Positions 1 through 6,109 of a stretch of 35,707 nt of DNA are shown here, one piece after another. This DNA is from Eubacteriales bacterium (GTDB taxonomy: Bacteria > Bacillota > Clostridia > Oscillospirales > CAG-272). Where the stretch lies: positions 1-35,707 of the forward strand of contig JAZLBM010000081.1 in NCBI GenBank assembly GCA_045613705.1, written 5' to 3'. Position 1 is the stretch's first letter, and each line of letters begins with the position of its first letter. The notes below the pieces were generated by a model. It saw only the letters and a list, made by a program, of their open reading frames with translations. It had not been told where the DNA came from and did no database searches. The position numbers were made by a program, and so were the translations under genes.

Positions 1-17
1 TGGCTACGATCCGACTT
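1..17 (-). other. MGI/DNBSEQ sequencing adapter remnant (artefact)
   Basis: TGGCTACGATCCGACTT is the reverse complement of AAGTCGGATCGTAGCCA, the start of the MGI read-2 adapter; phage sequence resumes at 18. Confidence 0.9.
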
Positions 18-30
18 CCTTGGATGCAGG
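18..30 (+). repeat. Terminal overlap with 35695-35707 (circular contig junction)
   Basis: CCTTGGATGCAGG occurs at 18-30 and 35695-35707; joining the ends keeps the 32630 ORF in frame. Confidence 0.9.
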
Positions 31-204
31 ACTATGGCCGTAACAGATGCGAGAACCACAATCAAGTTTGCCGCCTCTGACGCGCCTGCCGGGGAAGAAA
101 TTGAGGTAGATGCATCTCAATGGAACGACCAATACGGAGATATCAAATACATCCGTGTCTGCGGAAAGTGGACGGGCAACGCGCCTGAAATTTACGCTGA
201 ATGA
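31..204 (+). CDS. C-terminal 57 aa of the 32630-start metallophosphoesterase/repeat protein
   Basis: Reads TMAVTDARTTIKF...DIKYIRVCGKWTGNAPEIYAE*, matching the DIKYIRVSGKWTGxPPEVY ends of repeats 1 and 2 in the 32630 ORF. Confidence 0.9.
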   Translation, partial: TMAVTDARTTIKFAASDAPAGEEIEVDASQWNDQYGDIKYIRVCGKWTGNAPEIYAE

Positions 205-266
205 AAATAGGCGACATCATGCGGTAGGCCGATAAAACATAAAAAGCAAACGAGGAGGACAAACCA

Positions 267-665
267 ATGCGCATCTATCTGGCTAACCACCACGAGGCTA
301 TCGTCATGGATGACGGAAGCCACCTTGTAACCATTACCCCCGCCACAGACGGCATTCTGACGGTAGGGGGGGTGTGTTACCCCATCACAAACGGCGGGGA
401 TGCCCCCGCCATCACTCCCACAAATGCCCCCCAGACAAGGGCGGTATTTACCACAGGCGGCGGCATCCACTACACGGTAATCGCGCCCAGAGTCGACAAG
501 GGGGTGCTAACCTCGCGCCCGGATCCGTACGCTTATATACTCAATCTGCGGATCCTTGTCGATAAGCTGGAAAAGGATTTGGAGCAGACCCGCAAGGAGC
601 TACGCAAACATCGCGGCAAGGAGGAGCACCGCGCCCTCAATGCCATTATTAAAAAGGAGGCGTAA
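267..665 (+). CDS. Hypothetical protein, beta-rich N-terminus and C-terminal coiled coil
   Basis: GAGGAGG RBS, 132 aa; heptad-like LVDKLEKDLEQTRKEL. Confidence 0.8.
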   Translation: MRIYLANHHEAIVMDDGSHLVTITPATDGILTVGGVCYPITNGGDAPAITPTNAPQTRAVFTTGGGIHYTVIAPRVDKGVLTSRPDPYAYILNLRILVDKLEKDLEQTRKELRKHRGKEEHRALNAIIKKEA

Positions 666-671
666 ATTAAA

Positions 672-1475
672 ATGAAAAAAATCATCTACATTCTGGCGGC
701 TGTTCTGGTCGCCCTGTCCCTCACCGTCGGCGTAGCTGCCGAGGACATCACCACCGAGATCCCGCTGGAGACCACAGAAATCCCCGTAGAGACTGACACC
801 GAGACTGTTGCAGAGACGGACACCGAGACCGCTACCGAGCCTACGGATGAGCTGGCGGAGCTTCTGGGGGCATCCACGCCCGAGCAGGTGGAGATTGTCA
901 AGAAATATCTTCTGTATGGCCTGCAGACTTTGCCGTTTTCCGAGAAAACCAAGATCGCCATGTTGGATCATCTTAACGAGATCGCATGGTGTCTCACGGC
1001 TCTTGCTTTCGTGGTGATGGGTCTGATTTATGTCCGATCCAATAAAAAGAGTGGCGACAACAACAAGATAATGGCCGATAACGCGACCGCCCTATATGAG
1101 GAGGGCACGGAGCGATCCGAGACCGCCGCCGCTCGTATCGAGGAGGCGGAGACACGCATTACCAATATCACCACGGCGGCATTTTCCGCCATCAAGGAGG
1201 CGGGTCAAACCGCCGACAAGACCCTCAATGAGACCGCAGAAAAGCTCGTCCAGATGGTCAAGGAGTCCAACGCCGAGGCTGCCAAGATCATGGCAGAGGC
1301 CGCCTCCAAAGAGACGGCGATCACCGAGGCCGTGCTTACCATGGGCGATCTGATCGTGCGTCTGGTCAATGACTCCGACATCCCCGAGGCTGACCGCGAT
1401 GCATACACCCGGATCTACAACACCGCCATCGAGCGCATCAAGGAGGTGACGGGCGATGACCGCACGGAGGATTAA
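672..1475 (+). CDS. Predicted type I membrane protein: Sec signal peptide, acidic T/E-rich stalk, one TM helix, cytoplasmic coiled coil
   Basis: MKKIIYILAAVLVALSLTVGVAA signal; ETDTET repeats; TM IAWCLTALAFVVMGLIYV followed by RSNKK; AAGGAGG RBS. Confidence 0.8.
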   Translation: MKKIIYILAAVLVALSLTVGVAAEDITTEIPLETTEIPVETDTETVAETDTETATEPTDELAELLGASTPEQVEIVKKYLLYGLQTLPFSEKTKIAMLDHLNEIAWCLTALAFVVMGLIYVRSNKKSGDNNKIMADNATALYEEGTERSETAAARIEEAETRITNITTAAFSAIKEAGQTADKTLNETAEKLVQMVKESNAEAAKIMAEAASKETAITEAVLTMGDLIVRLVNDSDIPEADRDAYTRIYNTAIERIKEVTGDDRTED

Positions 1476-1884
1476 GGCCGCCGTAGCGGCGCTATACACC
1501 CTGTCCGTCATCTGCTTCTTTGCGCCCGTTGTCTGGTCGATATGGGACAAATTCCCCCTGTGGCGTTCACAGGGGGGAGGCGGCCTCGCCATCGGTAGCG
1601 GCGTGGTGATCGTCTGCGTGGTCATCTATATGACCTTTAAGCGATACATCACCGCGTTTGCTGCCGAAAAGCTCGGCACGATCAGCGCGGGCATAGCCCT
1701 TGTATTTTTATGGTTTGGCCTCGCTATCGCGCTGTATGCCGTCGCAAGCCTCGCCACCATGCTCAATGACCTGTCCACGGTATTCCTTTGGGCGGGTATC
1801 GGCGCTACTGGCGGTGTAGCACTCCAACTTGGGGCAAAATGCCTTAAAAAGCGTATAGAGGAGGATGACACCGATGCCCCTTAA
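1456..1884 (+). CDS. Small 4-TM membrane protein (possible holin-like)
   Basis: Four hydrophobic segments in 142 aa; AGGAGGTG RBS; overlaps the upstream stop. Confidence 0.75.
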   Translation: MTARRIKAAVAALYTLSVICFFAPVVWSIWDKFPLWRSQGGGGLAIGSGVVIVCVVIYMTFKRYITAFAAEKLGTISAGIALVFLWFGLAIALYAVASLATMLNDLSTVFLWAGIGATGGVALQLGAKCLKKRIEEDDTDAP

Positions 1885-2932
1885 AGAGTTACCCCGCAAC
1901 GATAGGGAATACCGCGAAAAAAAGCGAAACGAAAACGCCAAGATAATGGCCAAGACTGTCACCCAAAACCTCTATACCTACCTCTGTATAGCTATCCCTC
2001 TGCTGTTGATAGCCACCATCTGGACGGATTTCACCCTGCCCGATCTGGGCTGGGGGCTTGCGGGAGACGGCATCCTCACCGTAGCCCTCATGGTGGTCGG
2101 AGAGCGGCTCATGGTTAAGGTCGGCGCATTCGGCGGAAAGCTGGACGATGAGTATACCGCCGCTGTTAAGCGGTGCAAGGAGGCGAGAAAGGCCGCCAAG
2201 TCTAGAAACACGGCTCTGCTGACCCCATACTGTGAGTGGCAGATAGACCAAGAGTTTGAGCGGGCGCGGAGGGCGCGGTGCTCCCGAATCCGCATCAAAT
2301 ACGATGACTATCTCACCATGTATGAGGGTAAGACTCTCGACCAACTCAAAACCATGCTCCCTCTTGACAAGGCCATCGCGGTAGACCAGATCAACCGCCT
2401 TGATCCTGTCGAGCTGACCCCCGATATGCTCTTGTATGATTGTGGGCGCGGCAACAGCCGCCGCGATATCCCCGAGAGCGGAGAGGAGTACGAAGACCGA
2501 AAGGTCTACGGCAAGAAAGGTCTCGCAATCTCTGCCGTCACCTGTATCATCTGCGTAGGCGTACCGCTTGCGTGGAGCGGGGCGATCACCCTGTCGCGTG
2601 TCATCTATACCCTCGGCAAGCTGGTAGTATTGCTCTACCGCATGTTTAAGGGTTACGGCGACGGCGCGAGAGCATACCACACGGTTGAGGTAAAGCACCT
2701 CAATGCAATCTCCGACTATCTGGAGGAGTTTGTGGATTTTGCCGACAACAAAAAATATCTACTCATAGCAAACGAGTACACGGAAATTAACCGCATCATG
2801 GGGCTGGAGACCCCCGAAAAGAGCGAAAATGTCGAAATTCCGTGTGTCGAATCTAACCAAGAGAGAGCTGGAGACGGCGATCTCGGATGCCAACCTTACC
2901 CCCTTGCAGACCCGAATCGTGCTTGCGCTTAA
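1874..2932 (+). CDS. Membrane protein, 2 TM + large soluble loop + 2 TM
   Basis: AGGAGG (1859-1864) spacing favours ATG 1874; hydrophobic pairs LYTYLCIAIPLLLIATIW/GILTVALMVVG and GLAISAVTCIICVGVPLAW/VIYTLGKLVVLLY. Confidence 0.75.
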   Translation: MPLKELPRNDREYREKKRNENAKIMAKTVTQNLYTYLCIAIPLLLIATIWTDFTLPDLGWGLAGDGILTVALMVVGERLMVKVGAFGGKLDDEYTAAVKRCKEARKAAKSRNTALLTPYCEWQIDQEFERARRARCSRIRIKYDDYLTMYEGKTLDQLKTMLPLDKAIAVDQINRLDPVELTPDMLLYDCGRGNSRRDIPESGEEYEDRKVYGKKGLAISAVTCIICVGVPLAWSGAITLSRVIYTLGKLVVLLYRMFKGYGDGARAYHTVEVKHLNAISDYLEEFVDFADNKKYLLIANEYTEINRIMGLETPEKSENVEIPCVESNQERAGDGDLGCQPYPLADPNRACA

Positions 2933-3050
2933 CCGCGAAGAATTGACCGACGTAGGGATTATGATGTCGTTACACATCCCGCATAATCGCTATTATGCGG
3001 AGAAAAAAACCGCCCTCCAAAAGCTAAAGAGAGCGGCAGAAAATACATAA
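2829..3050 (+). CDS. Small HTH protein (sigma-70 region 4 / LuxR-like)
   Basis: LTPLQTRIVLAL...LTDVGIMMSLHIPHNRYYAEKKTALQKL fits an r4-like HTH spacing; overlaps the upstream gene by 104 nt; RBS weak. Confidence 0.55.
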   Translation: MSKFRVSNLTKRELETAISDANLTPLQTRIVLALNREELTDVGIMMSLHIPHNRYYAEKKTALQKLKRAAENT

Positions 3051-3061
3051 AAATCTATAAG

Positions 3062-3102
3062 AAAACAGGGATATATCCAACAGGGTATATCCCTGTTTTT
3101 TT
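3062..3102 (+). terminator. Rho-independent terminator
   Basis: Stem AAAACAGGGATATAT / GTATATCCCTGTTTT with 8-nt loop and U-tract. Confidence 0.75.
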
Positions 3103-3110
3103 GTTACAAT
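3102..3110 (+). promoter_or_regulatory. Extended -10 promoter element for the 3144-6027 cassette
   Basis: TGTTACAAT (TGnTACAAT) 34 nt upstream of ATG 3144; no consensus -35. Confidence 0.5.
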
Positions 3111-3143
3111 AAAGGCACAAAAGCACCCCGAAGGAGGCAAAAA

Positions 3144-3506
3144 ATGTTTAACAATTATAGCAATTTCCCGCAGTACGGAGGCTATCAGCAAGCCCCCGTG
3201 ATGAATCAGGCTCCTGTGAACTACGCACCTCCGCCTGCCACGAATAAGGTATATGTGGTATCCGCGGAAGATGCCATAGCTCGGTACGCATCACCCAACT
3301 CGGTCATGCTTTACGTGCTTCAGGACGAGTCGGCGGTGATCGAGGTGGCTACCGATCCGCAGGGACGCAAGACCCACCGTGTAAGGGTGTTGGCAGAGCC
3401 TCCCCAGCGCGAGGAGGTAAAGACGGAGGATTTTGTCCGCCGTAACGAGTTTGAAGAATTCCGCGCAGAGATGCGGAAGATCTACGAAGGAGGTAAGACA
3501 GAATGA
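3144..3506 (+). CDS. Hypothetical protein with Q/N/Y/P-rich N-terminus (cassette gene A)
   Basis: AAGGAGG RBS; MFNNYSNFPQYGGYQQAPVMNQAPVNY; C-terminal FVRRNEFEEF helix. Confidence 0.85.
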   Translation: MFNNYSNFPQYGGYQQAPVMNQAPVNYAPPPATNKVYVVSAEDAIARYASPNSVMLYVLQDESAVIEVATDPQGRKTHRVRVLAEPPQREEVKTEDFVRRNEFEEFRAEMRKIYEGGKTE

Positions 3507-3724
3507 GCTTCAACCAGAACGCCTTCCAGCAGATGCTCCAAGGCATGATGAGACAGGGTGGGCAGAACCCCTCCGCTTTTGTCAACGGATTTTTGCAAAA
3601 CAATCCGCAGTTTGCCCAACAGATACAGGGCAAAAACGTCCAGCAAGAGGCGGCCAACGCCCTGCTGAAAATGGGATACCCTGCCGATCAAGTCCGGCAG
3701 ATGTTTCCCGGCGCAAAATTTTGA
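3503..3724 (+). CDS. Small Q/N/M-rich helical protein (cassette gene B)
   Basis: AGGAGGT RBS, ATGA overlap with gene A, 73 aa. Confidence 0.85.
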   Translation: MSFNQNAFQQMLQGMMRQGGQNPSAFVNGFLQNNPQFAQQIQGKNVQQEAANALLKMGYPADQVRQMFPGAKF

Positions 3725-3750
3725 ATAAGACCGCCACGGCCGGGTGGTTT

Positions 3751-3800
3751 TAAATATCAACAAATACCAGCAAATCACAACAAATCACATTAAATACCAA
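3751..3800 (+). repeat. Five tandem imperfect 10-bp repeats (YAAATMHCAN)
   Basis: taaatatcaa caaataccag caaatcacaa caaatcacat taaataccaa directly before the RBS of gene C; preceded by a hairpin at 3727-3751. Confidence 0.7.
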
Positions 3801-3820
3801 ATAAGGAGGTAAAAAACAAA

Positions 3821-4561
3821 ATGAGTGAATTTGCAGAAGGCTACGCCATGGGCGCAGATCGAAACAACAATTGTTGCGTCATGCCTTGGGGCATGGGAAT
3901 GGGCATGGGCGGTGGCTTCGGCGGCTGGGGCGGCGATTTGCTTGCCATCATCGTCCTCGCGGCTCTGTTCGGAGGCGGCGGCTGGGGCTTCGGTGGCTTC
4001 GGCGGCGGCGGTGGCGGCGGCATCTACGGTGATATCCAGAGGGGCTTCGACACCTCTGGGATCAACAACAAGCTGAACGGCATCGAGAACGGCCTGTGCG
4101 ATGGGTTTTATGCCCAGAACACCAACACCCTGAACGGCTTCGCGGCTGTACAGAACGCCCTTTGCCAGGGCTTCAACGGCGTGAACACGGCCATCTACCA
4201 GAACGGCTACGACACCCGTACCGCCATCACAGATGTGGGCTACGCCCTGAAGGACTGCTGCTGCCAGACCCAGCGAGCCATCGACGGCGTGAACTACAAC
4301 CTCGCTACCCAGTCCTGCGAGACTCGTCGGGCAATCGAGGACAACACCAATCGCGTCATCGCCTTCTTGACGAACGAGAAGATCGACAGCCTGCGTACCG
4401 AGAACGCCGCGCTCACCGCACAGCTCTCCCAGAACGCGCAGACAGACCGCCTGATCAATCGTCTTGCCCCTTACCCCATCCCCGCTTATCCTGCCTGCCC
4501 TCCTACTGGTCCCTATAACTGGGGCGCCTGCGGAGGCGGCAACTCTTGCGGCGGTTTCTGA
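3821..4561 (+). CDS. Gly/aromatic-rich, single hydrophobic segment, Cys-rich coiled-coil protein (cassette gene C)
   Basis: AAGGAGGT RBS; GGGFGGWGG-DLLAIIVLAALF-GGGGWGFGGF; GF recurs every 11 aa; CCC motif; 11 Cys. Confidence 0.9.
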   Translation: MSEFAEGYAMGADRNNNCCVMPWGMGMGMGGGFGGWGGDLLAIIVLAALFGGGGWGFGGFGGGGGGGIYGDIQRGFDTSGINNKLNGIENGLCDGFYAQNTNTLNGFAAVQNALCQGFNGVNTAIYQNGYDTRTAITDVGYALKDCCCQTQRAIDGVNYNLATQSCETRRAIEDNTNRVIAFLTNEKIDSLRTENAALTAQLSQNAQTDRLINRLAPYPIPAYPACPPTGPYNWGACGGGNSCGGF

Positions 4562-4574
4562 TGGGTTCCAATTC

Positions 4575-4598
4575 GCGGGGGGGCAATAGCTCCCCCGC
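4575..4598 (+). other. GC-rich intercistronic hairpin without a U-tract
   Basis: GCGGGGGGGC-AATA-GCTCCCCCGC between the gene C stop and the gene D RBS. Confidence 0.6.
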
Positions 4599-4616
4599 TT
4601 GAAAGGAGAAAAAACA

Positions 4617-5003
4617 ATGTGCAAAAATAATTGCAAAATCTGCGACAACATCGTGATCTCCGACTCTGTGACCTTGGTGACGGTCGATGGCGTTGATACC
4701 GTCGTGATCGACGTCCCCGCCCAGAGCTTTAGGGACTGTCAGAAGATCTGTCTGGTGATCGCCCAGACTATCCCCACCACAGCCACCATCGTAGCCCCTG
4801 TGGCTATCTCCATCGGTGGCGACACAACTACGGTTTACCCGTTGGTGCGCTGTGACTGCGCACAGGCCACCGTGTGCGCGATCCGCACTCGAACCCGCTA
4901 CCCCTTGGTGGTCAGCACAAACACCACGGGCGGCGTTTTCAAGGCTCTGCGCGGCCTTTCCTGCGCACCCGATAACGCGCTACCCGCCATCCCCGCACCC
5001 TGA
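4617..5003 (+). CDS. Cys-rich all-beta protein (cassette gene D)
   Basis: GAAAGGAG RBS before ATG 4617; MCKNNCKIC N-terminus; alternating V/I/T strands; 9 Cys in 128 aa. Confidence 0.85.
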   Translation: MCKNNCKICDNIVISDSVTLVTVDGVDTVVIDVPAQSFRDCQKICLVIAQTIPTTATIVAPVAISIGGDTTTVYPLVRCDCAQATVCAIRTRTRYPLVVSTNTTGGVFKALRGLSCAPDNALPAIPAP

Positions 5004-5021
5004 CGAAAGGAGGATAACAAC

Positions 5022-5663
5022 ATGAACGACAACGCAAGACGCATGATGCGAGACCGCATGGATCGGAGAGACTACCGAGACAGAGAAGATCGCGAAAACG
5101 ACGGCAGACGGGACGGAAGAAGCGAGTACGAGGGAAACTTCCGAGGCTCCTATGAGCGAGAAGACCACCGCCGTGATCGCGACTACGAGGACTCCATGGA
5201 TCGCCGCGATAGGGGCGACTACCGCCGCGACCGCAGGGACTACGGTGAGGACTACGGCTATCGGCGCAACCGCTACGGAGAGTTTACCGACCGCCGCAGT
5301 CGTGATTACGCAGATGGTAAGGAGCGACTTGGCCGTAAGGAGCTGGAGGAGTGGGGTAAGATGCTTGTCAATGCCGACGGCTCCAAGGGTGAGCGGTTTA
5401 CGCGCAAGCATATGGAGGAGGTTGCCCGGAGCATCGGTGTAAAGTTTGAGAGTTATACACCCGAAGAATTTGCCCTGGTGGCCAACATGCTCTACTCCGA
5501 CTTTTGCAAAGCCATGAAGGGTCTCGTCCCCACGGATCCTGAAAGGGAGGCTATGGCGTACGGCAAGCTCGCCCAAGCATGGCTGGAGGACGAGGACGCC
5601 CCCGAAGGATCCGAGAAGCTGGCTCTGTACTACTACTGTATTATCGATAGCGATGAGGAGTGA
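5022..5663 (+). CDS. R/D-rich low-complexity N-terminus plus helical C-terminal domain (cassette gene E)
   Basis: AGGAGG RBS; about 95 aa with repeated RDY/xDY; C-terminal ANMLYSDF...KLAQAWLEDEDA...KLALYY. Confidence 0.85.
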   Translation: MNDNARRMMRDRMDRRDYRDREDRENDGRRDGRSEYEGNFRGSYEREDHRRDRDYEDSMDRRDRGDYRRDRRDYGEDYGYRRNRYGEFTDRRSRDYADGKERLGRKELEEWGKMLVNADGSKGERFTRKHMEEVARSIGVKFESYTPEEFALVANMLYSDFCKAMKGLVPTDPEREAMAYGKLAQAWLEDEDAPEGSEKLALYYYCIIDSDEE

Positions 5664-6027
5664 CCGCTATCGGTACTACAATCGAAACCCCGATAAGGTA
5701 AAGGAGGAGGACTGTGTATGCCGCGCAATCAGCACGGCTCTCGGAATCCGCTACGATGCCGCCGGTCGCCTCCTTGACCTGTCGGCGGAGGTCAACCAAT
5801 GCGACACCCTCTGTGTTTGCTGTTACCGTTATCTTTTGAGCGATATACTCTGCCTTGACGGGTACACCGTAGACGGATCTGTAACGGTCGCAGACGTTGC
5901 CGCAGATCATCCAAACGATAAGGTGATCATCCGTGTGGACGGTCATCTAACCTGCTCCATTAACGGTGTTGTTCTGGATATCTGGGACTGCACCGACGAG
6001 CTGGTGGACTGTTTTTGGGTGGTGTAA
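5653..6027 (+). CDS. Putative papain-like (C39-like) cysteine peptidase (cassette gene F)
   Basis: NP...DCVCRAIS (Cys), GHLTC (His), DIWD (Asp) in papain-fold order. Confidence 0.6.
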   Translation: MRSDRYRYYNRNPDKVKEEDCVCRAISTALGIRYDAAGRLLDLSAEVNQCDTLCVCCYRYLLSDILCLDGYTVDGSVTVADVAADHPNDKVIIRVDGHLTCSINGVVLDIWDCTDELVDCFWVV

Positions 6028-6061
6028 AAACGCCCCACCTATGTATTTGGTGGGGTGTTTT
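6027..6061. terminator. Bidirectional terminator between the cassette and the integrase
   Basis: AAAACGCCCCACC / GGTGGGGTGTTTT between convergent genes. Confidence 0.75.
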
Positions 6062-6062
6062 G

Positions 6063-6108
6063 TTATCATAAATTACAATTCGGTGAGCCGAACCGCAAAA
6101 TATGATAA
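6063..6108. mobile_element. Putative attP for the serine integrase
   Basis: 46-bp imperfect inverted repeat TTATCATA-N8-TTCGG-TGAG-CCGAA-N8-TATGATAA (16/21 arm matches), central GA, adjacent to the integrase stop. Confidence 0.7.
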
Positions 6109-6109
6109 T

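Noticed and set aside
18-30. 13-bp terminal repeat as a biological DTR or att core
   Set aside because: It falls mid-gene next to an adapter remnant; best explained as assembly overlap.
3144-6027. Labelling the cassette as spore-coat genes
   Set aside because: Only compositional resemblance; no named Cot/Exs family or sigK/sigE promoter that I can support, so it is kept as a hypothesis.
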